Positions 25,100-39,801 of a stretch of DNA of 64,000 nucleotides are shown here, one piece after another. Position numbers and translations under genes: made by a program. This DNA comes from Octopus sinensis (taxonomy: Eukaryota): NCBI RefSeq assembly GCF_006345805.1, contig NC_043001.1, positions 29,264,001 through 29,328,000 on the forward strand, written 5' to 3'. Within the stretch, counting starts at the first letter, position 1, and each line of letters begins with the position of its first letter. A model generated the notes under the pieces. That model saw only the letters and a program-made list of their open reading frames with translations. It was not told where the DNA came from and did not search any database.

Positions 25100-26280
25100 G
25101 TATACAAACTCAAGTTCTAATTTGAGCTGACATTGTGTTCCAGAAGTGACACTGTACAAAAAATATGGAACGTGCTCTGATAGTCTCAAAAGTATTCTGT
25201 AACTTGTCCAGTTCACATGAAAATATTGCTAAGGTTGTTAATCACAACAAATTTGATTTAACTTAAACACCAAAAACAAAAAACAAAAAAAAAAAGCAAA
25301 ATAAATTTATCAAATTTAATTCATAGCATTATGAAAGTCTAAAGTTCCTTGTCAAACTTAGTTTTCATGACTTGTCATATCAGGACAAGGCAAGGTTCAA
25401 CTATTTGATCTTCATATATTCATGATTTGTCCATATTGTCAGTGGTGTACATATTTCCATCTGATATTTGTTTTACAATTACAAACAGTTACTCTATCAG
25501 ATTTTTTTCACACACTGCTGGTAGCACTTTGGGGTTTTTTTTTGTACCACCTTTTTCATATTTAAATGTTTACTTTTCTTAATAGAATTTACCACATTCT
25601 CATTTGATTCCACTGTTTTGAACAGTTTGCAGATGATATGTTCAGGGAGGTGACAATATATTCCCAACAGTAGTTTCATTAATTATTTCAATGTAATGAA
25701 AGTGTTTTGTTCCTCATGATCTTGAATGGGTTGCCATTCTTTCCTTCAAAAATTTGTGTTGGCTGTGATGGACAAGCAGCAATAACACGATGAAAACTTC
25801 TTTTTTGCCACAGCAATAAATTTGTCCAGATTTGTAGCAACTTCCTTTATCTGCAAGGTTTTCTGCCAGATAGCATTTTTCCCATCATTCTCCTCTTTTC
25901 CATGCGATGTAACAAAAGGATTCTAGTCAGCTGAAACACCATGATCTCAGAAGAAATAATAAATTTTTGAATACTTATTGGTTTTTGAATTGACTGAAGT
26001 TCCTTGTAGTGCACAGATCGTTGATTTAAACTTACTGTAGAAAAAGATGTTATCCTTGTCATTTTGGAGCGATCTGAGAAAATAAGATAAGAGAATGATA
26101 TTTTTCCTTTAAAAGTTGTAAGAACTTGAAAACCATAAAAGTTATTCCTTGTCACTTTTGGCGTTGTACAAGTTTTCTTCCCTGTAGCTTCAGGGGCATT
26201 GTGTTGCATTGAGCAGGGATAAAAGTTGTATGGTGATATGGTACGTTTACAGTGTGCTAAAGGTTAAGCTTCACGAGGGA
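25100..26280 (-). mobile_element. Decayed DDE-type DNA transposase, possibly Sola-like (superfamily uncertain)
   Basis: Frameshifted minus-strand translation gives SQFKNQ ... DHGVSAD*NPFVTSHGKEENDG..NAIWQKTLQ, resembling the SQFKN / FATSHGKGxxDG motifs of widespread invertebrate transposases. Confidence 0.5.
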
Positions 26281-26399
26281 CCACTCATGGAATGACCCTT
26301 AAGCAAAAATGAGTACCTAAAAGCATATATGTCTTCCCCTGCAACCAATCTGACACTTATGACCCCCATCCCTTAAAAAATAGTCACCTTTCTAACATC

Positions 26400-27245
26400 T
26401 TACCCTCTGTCACTCTTCTGATTACGGTACTATTTACCCAGCTGATAACAGAACAATGCGCATTCAGTACTCCTTTGTGGAACCACCTTTTTCCATGCAT
26501 TCTTGGTATTTTCCATTGAATGCCCCTTCTACCTCCCTTTTTCCCTATACACCTAATTTTTCCAACAGAAGCCCTCCCTTCCACTACCTTGAATTATCTT
26601 CCTCTATTTCTACCTGTATGTACTTCTGATTTTGCCCCTAATACTGTTCATCCCTCTTGCACCACACTGTCACTACTTCACATCTTTGCTACCACCTTCT
26701 ATCTTCCTCATCCATACCTACTTCTTTCATTTTTCCCTTCGACTAATATTCACAATCAATCATGCTCCCATCATGTTTACCACTCACTACATTTCCCTCA
26801 TCTCCATTCATATCCATCTGTCACTCTCCTTCACACTCCCATTTACTTACCGACGTATACCATTTATATTCACCTTCCTATAATTTAAGGTTGCACATTG
26901 ACACAGCCTAACCACCTTCTTTTTCCAACTGGGGTAACCATATATCTCTCTACTGCAAATACCTGTTCCTATCCCTTTATCATACTTGAGCCTTTCATCA
27001 CTTGACGTCAAGCCACTTCCTTCAATACTACTTCCCACTCAGTTGTGGAGTCTTGTCATGTAAGTTACTTGATGGCTTCACAAGTCGGATGTCGTGTGAA
27101 AAGCACCCAGTACACTCTGTAAAGTGGTTGGTGTTAGCAAGGGAGTCTTGGTTGTAGAAACTACAGACCTTTGGCTCATTCACTCCAGTTGAATCGTCCA
27201 ACCCATGCTATGGAAAACATGTTAAATGATGCTAATAATGATGAT
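26400..27245 (+). mobile_element. Pyrimidine-rich element ending in an RTE-type tail
   Basis: Ends aaaagcacccagtacactc..gtggttgg..ccaacccatgc.atggaaaaca.gttaaatgatg. Confidence 0.55.
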
Positions 27246-28585
27246 AAAAGACACTATATACTTCATGAGTGAAAGCATTTTTATTGGTCTGTGGTCCACT
27301 TTGTTTTAGCTATTTTTTCCAATTTTCAAATATAAACCTAATATTCTACAAGAATCACTTTATCATTGTTTTAACAACCACTGTTCTATGTTTGTATTCG
27401 TTGAAGCAGATTTTCTATGGTTGGATGCCATCGTCACCAACTCTTACCTGTTCCCAAGTAGGCCAATATTTCCCCTTACCCTTTCAAACAGGACCATTGC
27501 AATAGTCAGGCATATTTTCACGGAAGATTGCAAGTGAAGAACATCATTTGTATGACAGTGTTTACAATTAGCAGGATGTCAGGACAATGAGGTTTGAACT
27601 GTGCTTGTACACACGCACATGCACCCAACAAGCTTCATTCAGTTTCCATCTCTTAAAACCACTCAAAGGGCTTGGGACTATAATAGAAAATTGCCGAATA
27701 TGCTGAACCATGTGGTTGTGAAGTTAATTCTTAACCACATAACCATACCTGCACTTATGTATATATATATTATTGGCACAAACCCCTCATATTACTGGTT
27801 GCAAATTTTACTTATGGGGCCTTGGAAACTTTCATAATTGTATAATAAAGTGAGCCTCTCAGGATTGATTTGAGAATATCAATCTACACAAAATACAAGT
27901 TTGGTTTGTGTGTAAAACAAGTTGAATTCTAAAGCTTAGATAAGACTGAAGAATTGTGCAATTTAAACATTTACAACTAGTTATATTGGATGAATGGATA
28001 CTGGGACTTGTTTAGGTTGAAATTCAGTATATTCTAGACGAGCTAGGTACCTTAAATGAGCTGTTGAAACTTTAAGTTGCACAGGGCCAAATCAAACTGT
28101 TTTAAATAATAGTTAGTTCTAGATAACAATTTTACAAAATTGAAAAAATTCACGCCAGCAATAAAAAAGTAGAAATTACTTAGAATGTTGGTGCTGTGCA
28201 TGGTATAAGAAAAAAAAAACAAACTTTGTTCTTTTAGTTTTATTTGTAAAAAAAAAAATGTCAATAACAACTTTATGGAATGAAGTTAAAGTAAACATAG
28301 TATGATTATTTTTTACCCAAATTTTTGGTTGCAGATTTATTTCCATTATTTGATGTTAGTCTTGTCTTTGCTGCATCATATTTATATTGCTATTAGTTAT
28401 TCACTGTCAAAACTTGTGAATTTTGTCGCTTAGCTGAATAAGTTGTCATTATTAGTTTAAAGAACTAGCATATACTCTGCCACTTAGCTCTATGATAAGT
28501 TATAGTATTTTTCTTTGGATAATTTTAAAAACATTTGTGATATATGCATACTTAATTTATGAAAACTTTTTCTTTCCATTTCTAG

Positions 28586-28765
28586 TCTTGGGATGTGTAT
28601 TTTCGAAATACAGCAAGGGGAGTTAGTTCTGCCTACATACGTCCACCTACATTAGGTGGAGCTCCAGTACCCACCAGTACAGAGATGGTGCCTGCTGCAG
28701 CTATGCCCAGTGAGAAGATTATTGAACATCATCTCTCCGTGCAGTCGATTATCCGGTCTTATCAG
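28586..28765 (+). CDS. OGDH: OGDH coding exon 2 (SWDVYFRN...EKIIEHHLSVQSIIRSYQ)
   Basis: Acceptor tttccatttctag, donor CAG|gtgaga, 180 nt, phase 0-0. Matches the conserved SWDxFF...DHLAVQSLIRAYQ segment. Confidence 0.96.
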
Positions 28766-30499
28766 GTGAGATTAATTGGTGATTGTTTTGTGCTTGTTTC
28801 TGCTTTTAAATGATGTAGAATAGATAATTTGTTAGCATCACCATCATCATCAAAATAAAGCATTAATTGGTAACTTTTAAAATATGTTGGTTACTTTTAT
28901 GTTTCTTTGTAAGAGTAGAGAAATATGTTAATTTTTCCTTTGTTCATTGAGAGCTTTTTCTTTTATTTGAGAAATATATAATTTTAATCATTATAATAGT
29001 TAATTTAATAATATTTTATATACTTCACTCATTTCTAAAGCTTTAATTTGTAAAAATTCCATTGTAAAGTTTTAAGTTAGCAGCTACATGCATATTTTGG
29101 TTTAAATCAGTCTTGTAAAATTATAAAATCAATATTTCAAATGTTTCTCTCTTTTTTTATTGCATTGTGATTAGCCAGTGCTGTATTTGAATTTGAAGAA
29201 AATTGCATTCTTTTCTGTTTTCTTTTTATTTGATAACAGGTGATGATTGCTATTTTCTTGGAGTGGATAATTTTTATTTGATTATAAAATAATTTTCACA
29301 TAAACACCTAGGAACATAACAAAAACCAACCATTTATTTTTCAGTTACTTCTACTAGAAACTCCTCTTAATTCAGCAGAATAAATATTTTCAGTTTTACT
29401 CCTGCTTTTTAGCTTTGTGATTTGTGATTATTAATGATCCTGATCAATTGTTTAGGTCCAATGTTTTATTGCAACAATTGTATATTTATATCATTAACCA
29501 AAGTCTCTATTGACTGTTTTCTCCTCTGTTTTAAAAAAAATTGCTAGTCATAATTGAAATTCTTTGTTTTTGTCCCTAAAGAGATTTTCTTAATTTAGTT
29601 GTTGGAACTGTAAAATGGATAGTTAGCTTCCATTATAAGAGTGAAAAATAGTCAGGAAATTGAAATATAATGAAGTTTCTTTATTTGTATGGTTTGTTCT
29701 AGTAGAGACAAATTTCAAACAGGAATGTAGCTAAATGTTTTAATTGGACACATGGGGAAAGAGAGGAAATACTGAGCTTTGCTAAGATATATAATGTTAA
29801 GCTCAAGGCCTGAAATTTTGTTGGGAGGTGTTAGTCGAATCTATCCTCCACACTGCTGAACTGGTATTTATTTTATTTTGTTGACTCTGAAAGGATGAAA
29901 GGTAATGTCAACTTCAGCAGAATTTGAACTCAGGATGTAAAGCCAGAAGAAATGCTGCAAAGTATTTTTTCCAGTGTGCTAACAATTCTGCCAGCCTGCT
30001 GCCTTGATAAGCTATATAATACTGAGAAATGTTTTCAAACACTCTGAAAAGAGCTAATCAGCTCACTATTTAGAAATGTATTGCTTTATGCAAAAGCTGC
30101 TCAGCAGTAAATCTCTCAAGAAAATTAAATATATATGTGTATAATGCTAAAATATACATTCTAGTGTTTGTAGCTTCATGGCATAATTTATGATCTTTTA
30201 CTTATTTCCAACCAAAGGGATGTGGCTATGTTGAAGCATTGCATATATGTCCAATCAAACTTTATTTTAAAGCCAACTAAAAAATTTTCCTAGTCATTCT
30301 TTGAAATATGTTATTTTCTGAAATGAACACACACCTCCTTTTAATGGCTCTGAGGAAGCTTAAGGATGTTGCACAAATATTGCTTCTTATAGCTGAAACA
30401 GCTGTAAGCTAATGGAGTTGATTACATGATTTATGTTCCCTTATGATTCATTAATTAACTTAATATATATATATATATTAGTGTTTCATTTATTAAATG

Positions 30500-30845
30500 A
30501 GATTGTACCTCACGGAGGGAATGTGGCTGATGCTGGTGTCACATAAAAAGCACCTTTTGAGCATAAGGCCTCATGGAGGCAGTGACAAATGTTATGCTTG
30601 AGTAGAAGGCCAATCAAGCCAAGTGAAATCATAGCAGATACTGGTGTCATGCAACTGGCACCTGTATCGGTGGCATATAAAAGCACCCATTACATTCTCA
30701 GAGTGGTTGGTACTAGGAAGGGCATCTAGCCGTAGAAAATCATGCCAAATGAGACTGGAGTCTGGTGCAGCCCCTCAGTTTACTAGTCCTGATCAAACCA
30801 TCCAACCCATGCCAGCATGGACAACAAACATTAAATGATGATGAA
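30500..30845 (+). mobile_element. RTE 3' UTR fragment
   Basis: Same terminal boxes as the other RTE copies. Confidence 0.8.
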
Positions 30846-33496
30846 AAGATTGCTATCCTGCATTATATCTGCTGTTATTTAAGAGCTTTGGTTATGCTCT
30901 GATTTATATGCTTACTATAGTGTTTAAGCTGGTTTGGTTATGATTTTAGAGGCATGTGTGTATTCATTGAATTATAACTCGTAGATCAATTTGATACTTA
31001 ACCCTGCATTTAATGTGATTTTGTAACATCTGGAAGTGGCTGCAAATGTATATGAATTTGATTTTTATTTGTGGAATATATTTTTTTATCTATTAATATC
31101 GTTTTTGTTTCTGGAATTCAAAATTGTTGAATTTTATAAGAATTAAAAATAAGGAACAAATACTGTAGTCAACTATGAAATACTTATACTCAACTTTAAA
31201 TGAATATTGGCTATATTTCTCAACTATTAAATTTATTCAATTTACTATTTCTTTTTAGCAGTAATTTTCGTATTTCTTTCTATGTGTATTCCTCTATTAT
31301 TTTTAAATAGATTTTTCAATCAGTGATAGTTAAAATTTTAACTAATACTTAATTTTCCTTGCATGATTCAACTGTTATTTAAATTTATTTTATAATTAGC
31401 CTGTTGCGGTACAACCATTTTCTCCACTGAAGCCGAAATAGCTCTTTAACTTTAAATTCCTGGTTTGGTGTCATTCTGTGTCCTGATTCTATTCTTCAAT
31501 ACTTACTGACTGCACTTCATCTCAATGTGTATTTACATATTGTACCTGACTGCTTTTCATTAAATATAATGTTTCAATGTCTGAATTCTAAAGCATTACA
31601 TGTCTAATTTCAAGGAGAGTGGTCATGGAGAATTCCTTTCTGATTGTTCCTTGAAATGTACAGAAAACTTTTCAACTTCATATTCAGTATATCAGTTGCA
31701 ATTACCTCAGACCTGTAAAGTGCCTTTTCTCTACTTAAATATAGCAATAAAAAAATGTTTATCATGATTGAAAGAAAAGACAATGACAAAGTGAAAAACC
31801 AGTTCCTTAAATAGAGAAGAAATCAATCAAAAATAGTACTCCAATTTAGTTCATTTTAATATTGTATTAACATTTTTATACAATATTTTTTAAAAATAAT
31901 TAAGCTTTGACTCATGTGTTATACACCGAGATGGTAATTTGTCAACAATTTAGCTTAGGCTATTTTAATTGTTTACAATTTTGAATTAGTAAATACTGAC
32001 TTAAATAATCTTTTAGCTTTCTTGTTTGATTATTTGTTATTCTAGATTAAGTTTAATTTTAAACATAACCTTTCTTATTTTATTGCATAATTGTTCATGA
32101 GAACGTTATAAATTTGATTGCAGTATAACTTTTGTTCTGAACCCAAGTAGTTAATCACCATTAATCATTATTTAATCTGATATTATAGTTTGTGTTGGGA
32201 AGAATATTTAGCTTGAAGTGTATGCTTCATATGCACTTGTAAATTTGCAGACATACACCAACTTGGCAAAAATACAAGCACTAAAAAGTAAAACATTGAC
32301 AATTAAAACTCAATTTTTATGTTTATTAGCTCATTACATTTTTGTCATTATTACTTTGGGTGTATATTTAATATAAATTATGCATTCACAATATATTACA
32401 AATGCTTGCAATATGTGTACCAAAACAAAGGTAAGTGGTTGGAAAGTCATATAACTTTGTGTTAGCATAGAATATATTTTTTTTAATATATAATCAGGGT
32501 TTATTCAGTTTGTACCTAGTAAAATAAATATTGAGGAAGAGATATCACTTGAAGTTCATGTATAAAACAACACTTAAACATCTTAGAATGTATTGCTTGT
32601 TTATTTTAGTGTAAGGGAATTTTCAAACCAGTAACCATTATTACAAATAAAAGTATACCCAATATTCACTGTATACTACTGATAACCACCTATTTCACAA
32701 AGGTATGGAAGCCTGATAAAAGCTTTTTCTAGCTCTGTCAGAGTAAGTGGAATTAGTACACTGTAAGTAACAAGTTAGGTTTTTTTCGCTGAGATATTTT
32801 GAATATATTTTAAATATAACTTAAAGAAATTTAGGATCAACCACAAATAGTATCTAGAAAGAAACTTTTCCTTATAAAATGATTATTTTTTAACACTTAT
32901 GATAATGCTGATTAAAATTGCTATTTGATCTCAACTGCTATTCACTTATTTCTCATTATAGATTTTCATATTAAGCAATAGGTTCTAATTTCACTTGCAA
33001 ATCATTCCAACTCATTAATTTCATTTAATGATGTCCATATGGAAATTGAAGAAAATAATGGGAAGGAATTATCTGTAACCACTTATAGTATCTTCAATAA
33101 AAACTTTTATTTCACTTGAGTTTCTTGTCCAAGTCTTCTAATACTTTTACTTGGAATAGCTGTTGATTACAATAATTCAAAATACACTTTACAGTTGTAG
33201 TGTTTTTAAATTTGGTTATTAGCATTCTAGATCATATGTGAAAGAAAGTTGTCTTATTAAGAAGCCTTCTTATTTAAAAAGGGATATTCTAAATGTTAGT
33301 ATGGCATATTGATATTAAAGGTCATATTTAGAATGTCAGTGAAACAATGAAACTTGACTAAAAATGACATACCAGGCATATCTGCATACCTAATGTACTG
33401 GAAAATTTTAGTTGTGGCATACAGCTTCTCAAGAAGAAAAAATATCTCACCGACACCCTTTGGAACTGTTCACAATAAATTTAATATCCTTACTTT

Positions 33497-34850
33497 ATCA
33501 TCATCATTGTCATTGCTTAACATCTGCTTTCCATGCTGACATGGGTTGGATGGTTTGACTGAGGACTGGTAAGCTGGGAGGTAGCACCAGACTCAATCTG
33601 ATTTGGTAAGGTTTCTACTGCTGGATGCCCTTCCAAATGACAACCACTCAGCAATTGTAGTGGGTGCTTTTTATGTGCCACTGGAATGGGAGCCAAGTCA
33701 GGTGGCACTGGCATCAGCCACACTTGAATGGTGCTTTTTATGTGCATTCCAGGTGGCACTAGCATTAGTCACGCCTGAATGCTGCTTTTCATGTGCCAGT
33801 CAGGCAACACTGACATCGGTCACACTTGACTGTTGCTCTTTACATGCCACCAGTATGGATGCCAGTCAGGTGGCACTGGCATCGGCTACGCTTGAATGAT
33901 ACTTTTCATGTGCCACTGGCACAGGTGCTAGTCAGATGGCACTGACACCAGCCACAACAACGGTTTCACTTGGTTCAACACATCTTCACAAGTGCAGTAT
34001 ATTGCCTAACGATTGAAGGGTATTTTCAAATAGGCCAGTTATGCGACACTAGCATCGGCCACAGCTACCATCTCACTTGGTTTGCCAGGTCCTCTCAAGC
34101 ACAGCATATCTCCAAAGATCTCGGTTGCTTGTCATTGCCTCTGATTGGCCCAACATTTGAAGGTTGTGCTTCACCACCTCATCCCAGGTCTTCCTGGGTC
34201 TACACCTACAGGTTCCCTCCACTGTTAGGGTGTGATACTTCTTCACACAGCCGTCCTCATCTGTACACAACACATGACCACACCAGTGCAGTCGTCTCTC
34301 TTGCACACCACATCTGATGCTTCTTATGTCTAACTTTTCTTTCAGGGCACTTACACTCTGTCGTGTGTGCACACTGACATTACACATCCAGCAGAGCATA
34401 CTAGCTTCATTTCTTTCAAGCCTACGCATATCCTCAGCAGTTACAGCCCATGTTTCACTACCATGTAGCATGACTGTTTGCACACAGGCATCATACAGTT
34501 TACCTTTCACTCTGAGTAAGAAGCCCTTTTTCACCAGCAGAGGTAGGAGCTCTCTGAACTTTGCCCAGGCTATTCTTATTCTGGCGCTTATGCTCTCAGA
34601 GCATCCTCCCCTACTACTCACTTGGTCACCTAGGTAATGGAAGCCATCAACTACTTCTAGTTTTTACCCCTGACATGTAATGGAATCTATTTCCTGTACA
34701 TCTTCCATGTTTATTGCACCTGTGCATCTACCACACACAAAAACTATCTCCCCAGTTAACCTTTCTTTTAATATTGCTGCACCTCTTATGTGTCCATAGC
34801 TTATGTCGGGTACATTTCATGGAGCTTCTACCTATGCCTTTTCTACATCA
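33497..34850 (-). mobile_element. 5'-truncated RTE LINE, antisense to OGDH
   Basis: ORF 34621-34073 (ARIRIAWAKFRELLPLL...LHGSETWAV...RRLHWCGHV...RPRKTWDEVVK...RDLWRYAV) plus 3' UTR repeats and tail. Confidence 0.92.
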
Positions 34851-37800
34851 TATGTGGCAGAGAATGATGCAAGTGAAACTTAGTTAATTTGAAACAAATG
34901 TGAAATAAGATAATTTACACAAGTATTTGATAAAAATCCTGAATAAGTTCAATCACAGTTTAAAGCTTGTTTTTATATAGGCAAGTGTTTATATTAAAAC
35001 AAAATATTGCTTAATTATAATTCTGCTCAACATTATTTATATGCGAATGAGGTTTTAGTGAATTTGGGGCACTAATTGCAATTGGGACATCTATTTTGCT
35101 AGATTTGTTCTGTGATTTTATATGCATGTGTATTTTTTTTCGTTTTCCCAAATCCTACAAAACAGCTAATGAAATACACGCAAGGAATGTGTTTAGAACA
35201 ATAAGAAAAGAACATAGTAACTTTATACAACCAATCAAAATGTCTAGAGAAACTCAGTTTGTATGATTTATTTTTGTATGGGCAATTAGGATATTTATTT
35301 TGGAGGTTTCAGTAGAGAGTCTATCACATTGTATCTATCTAGTCTGCCTCGGTACCTTTCCTCTTTCAACTTTATATCCTTATAGAACTTCTTCCCATGT
35401 TTCACAATCAAATCCTCAAAACTGTATGGAAATCTAAGCAGCTATGGAGAAAGTGTACCTTGATGGTCATATTAGCACACAAACTTTTAAAGTATTGAGC
35501 ATCTTTTGGTTTTATGAACATAAATTTTTTCTTTTCTTTTTTAATCTTTTGTAGAGCAGTGCAATCATGTATCATTATAACTTATATTTTAGGACACCAG
35601 GACTATATTTCAGGACAAGTGGTCAAAAGTTTATTCTCAAACTAATATTTTATGGTAATATATAAAGCTGTTACTTATAATTTTCTATTAGTTCTCGAGA
35701 TGACAATTATTTTGATTCTAGTACTTGAGTGTTGTTTATTTTATTGGCCATAGAAGGATGAAAGGCAAAGTCAACCCAGAAGGATTTGAAGTATATACTG
35801 CAAAGCAGTTTGTCTGTTGCTCTAATTATAATAAATACATGAATTTAAGCGTAAAACAATGTTTATCAGCAGAATGATATCTGAACTTAGAAAATCCATC
35901 ATGTACATAAATGAAACTGTTCATAACCAAAACAAGTTTTATAGGTTGTAAAGATGATATAAGAGACATCTGTCATATAACACTTTTTGCTGAAGTACTT
36001 TTAGATATCTCAAGAACAATCTGAGTCAAGTCCTCTATAAGATTATTAGCCTGTTTATTTGAAATATGAAAAATTGTGACTTATAATTTAACCTATAATT
36101 TATATAAGAGGAATCTAGATTTGACTACATTTCAATTGTGTATATCTAGTTTTTGATTATTTCATTTTTATTGAGTGGGATCCATAACTTTGCTTTATTC
36201 TCAACATATACAAATGGAATGAGCTTTTGAATTGCTATGCTCATCTTTTTTCTTTCAAATCATTGCATTTCAAAAAGTTTTGTTACCATTCTGTGTCAAG
36301 TGCTATATATAAATATGTGGGATATACTCAGTGTATATCTTGGTTATGAAGGAGATTAATGTGAAGCAATGACAGTTTAGAATACAAACTATCAGCAGTG
36401 TTAAGTTGTTTTTTTTAAATATTTTATTGGTGTCTAAATTTTAAATGTTTATAGTTTTCTTTACACCTGTCACTTAGAACATATGAAATTCATTTATGAC
36501 GAAAAAGAAATTCCAAAGTAAATCTAAGTTTTATGAATGAGGATTGCTTCTGATTTTCTTGCATAATTTGATGCAGTCTAAAACAACTGGAAGTTGAAAT
36601 TTAGTTTTATAGTTGAATATCTATGGGCCACAGATCTGCTGTTTCCCCACCCTGCCTTTTCTGTAGCTACCACTGTGACTCCTACCCCTTGGAGCTGGTT
36701 GTATTCAGGCCTTTCCAACTCACTTGTCTCCCTATTCTTTTTGCCCCCCCCCTTTCCCCTTCCTTTCAAGCCTTACGTTAACCACTATTTCTCCCAGTCC
36801 TATGTCTCCAGCACATTAGCTCAAGATGAGCAGCTACTAGGTTACTCTTGCTGGTCCCAGAGAGTCTGTGAGGGCTCCTTTAAGACCGACTAATTAAAAT
36901 AATTCACTAGATATTTAGTTTTGTTAGTATATACTACAGAAATATTCCCAATATTCATTTGTTTTTGTTTCAGAATCTATGAAGAACCAGAAAAATTTAA
37001 TCAGTGGCTGGATTGATATATTTTGTTTGTTTGTTGTCTATAGCATTTCTTAACTCTTAACCTTTACCAGTATGTAGGACTTTTTCCTCTGAAAGTCAAA
37101 CTTGCATGTTATTTTTGAATTTTCCATGAAAGTTTTATTTTCCCAGTTTTTCAGCTACAGTGTTTGTCAAGCATATTTGATTGTCCTTGTGTGAGGGAAC
37201 TTATCAAATACATGCACAATCTCATCAGGATATACAGTATTTAATGTAGGACCTCATCTTTGTAAAGAGGGAGATACCATGCCAATGGTGGTAGACTGTG
37301 TATCAGTATATTGATGTGTTTCACTTTTGAGGAGTTGTTTAGCATGATGAAACCCTATATTTGCTCTGTGTGTGTAGTGTTATTATTTGGATGAGTCACT
37401 ATTTGCTATTTAGTGATAGTTTTAGCTTCTAGTGACAAAATTGCTCATTGTGATCAAGCGACAATATTTTTCAGTTTTGCAATAAATTGAAACTTGTTTG
37501 TGGAACAGTTGTCATTACTGATCTGATATGTTTATTTCATTAAGCTTAAGTGATGTTAAGGTGAAGCTTTCACTCAGTTTTAAAGTTTCAAATTATTGTA
37601 GACACTGATGAAATGCTGCATAAAAGAGGACTGCTTCCTTTATTGCATTTAAATGTTATTGACTGAAATTTGATATTCGTTGAATTTCATACATGCAATA
37701 TACAGTGGACAAACTATTCATAGAAGAACTCATTAAATTTGAGTAAGATAGTCTTATTCAGTCTTTAGATTTAGTGTTTGTTTTTTAAAATACAAATTTT

Positions 37801-38346
37801 CAAATGCTAAAACATATTTTGTTCTAAGCATTAACAATATTGATATCTTTATCTTTTGTTGCATTTAGTGTAAAAGGTGGCAAAGATTCATTAATGCACT
37901 TTTTGAATAGAAAATTTTAAATGCCATTTAGTAGTTGATGAAGCTATAAAGCTAAATCTGCCTTAATATTTTAAAGTTTTTAAGAAATACTGTGACCAAT
38001 ATTGGTGTGCTAAATAATTTAAGAGAGGTACTTTTTTTTTTTTTGTAGTACAATTTTTACTGTGTAGTTCTTACTCTGACCTACATCATACTTGAGGTCT
38101 CTGAAACCAATACAATACTGAAATGACATCCTATTTTTCACAACCTAAATGTTTATCTATTATCTGTACTTCTGCAAGATTTCTACCTCATAAAAAAACA
38201 TAAGCTATTTGCTTGGATTGGTTGAGATTTTCCCAATGTCTTTATATTCTATTTAGTGATATTCTTACAATAATTCAGATTATTTATTTTTGTCATCAAA
38301 TGTATCTCCCTCCTTATTAACTTGCATAACTCTTAAAAACTAAATA

Positions 38347-39550
38347 TTGGGTCATCCCATAAATTATGTGATTTTTTTATACTTTTATTTTTCAAAATTA
38401 TGATAAAAAAAGGTCTTTTTTAATCTAAAATATACTCCCCTTCATACTCTACAATGCTCTTCCATCTATCTGATAGACTTGTGGGGCCCCTCTTCCAGAA
38501 TTAACTTGTCCGTGAGGAAAAATTCTCTTCCAGTACTGTTCTGACCTCGTCTACAGAATTCATAATTCTACCATCCAAATGATTTTGAAGACTGCAGAAT
38601 AAATGATAATCAGATGGGGCAATGTCTGGTGAATGTAGTGGGTGGGGCATTATTTCCCATTCAAACTGCTCCAGCCTTTGGAATGTCATCCTCACTGTAT
38701 ATCACTGAGCATTATCCTGATGGAAGAACACCTTTTGTGTTGAAACCAAAGATGGTCGTTTTTCTTCTGGTGCTGACTTAAGCCGCTCAAGCTGTTTGCA
38801 GTAGATCTCCTTTGTTATCATTTGTTTTGGGTTTAAAAGTTCAAAGTGGTCTAAACCTTTCATATCCTACCAAACAGATAACAACACCTTACATGGGTGA
38901 AGACCTTCTTTAACCTGGGGTGCTTGTGTTTCTCCTTTCCCTACTCACTGTCTTTGGCGATTGACATTTTTATAGAGAACCCATTTCTCATCACCAGTCA
39001 CTATTTGATCCAAAAAAGGTTTGTTCGTGAATTGTGACAGCAAAGAAGAGCACACATTCTCTCTTGCAAAGTTTGTGAGAAACCCATTGACCCAGTTTGC
39101 TGACTTTTTTCATGACATGCAGGTGAATGGTTGAATAACCAAATCCAAGCTTCTCTGCTGGTTCCTCAATAGTTACAGTGGGATTTTGTTCCACCAGGGT
39201 TTGTAGGATGCCCTCATCAAGCCCTACAGATTTTCCAGGACAAGCCTCATCATCTAGGCTGTAGTTTCCGGCCCAGAGTTTCCCTGCACTTTCCGTTGCA
39301 TTGTTGCCTTCATTGAGCTTGTAAAGCAAAATATGCCAAATATACTCCTTTGTCACTTCCATTATAGCTTTGAAAAATTAACTGTCAAAATCGAACTGCA
39401 CTCTTCAAAACTTGCACTAAGAATAAGGACTAGGTAAAATTACTACCTGTTTTTATAGCAAGTTGATGCAGGTAGTTTATCCTGTCCCCCCCCCCTCCAA
39501 CTTTCAGTTCATGCAGTTGGAAATAACGCATTATTTATGGGATGACCCAA
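38347..39550 (-). mobile_element. Full-length but inactivated mariner transposon (1204 bp)
   Basis: TA TSDs at 38345-46 and 39551-52. TIRs ttgggtcatcccataaat (18 bp perfect, 22/24). Frameshifted transposase with WVSHKL (WVPHEL-like) and HSPDIAPSDYHLF (YSPDLAPSD-like). Confidence 0.92.
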
Positions 39551-39801
39551 TACATTATATGGAATATTTTGTCAAACTTACTCTTGATATGTATATTATG
39601 ATTGTTCTTACAAATATGCATATATGTACACACACACACACACACACCACACACACTGTGTTTATTTAAAATAAACAAAAAAACCCATAGTTTTTACTTT
39701 GTTATCTATTAAAAGGAGGAGAGCTAAATACTTGGTTCCTTACACCATATTCTGTAGATAAAACTGTATGTCTGTTCGTTTTATCTTTCCTTTTCAAACA
39801 G

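Noticed and set aside
36974-37015. Strong acceptor followed by IYEEPEKFNQWLD
   Set aside because: Phase 0 gives an immediate stop and there is no donor.
37345-37530. C-box (ATGATGA) and D-box (CTGA) suggesting an intronic snoRNA
   Set aside because: Spacing is too long and there is no terminal stem or recognisable guide.
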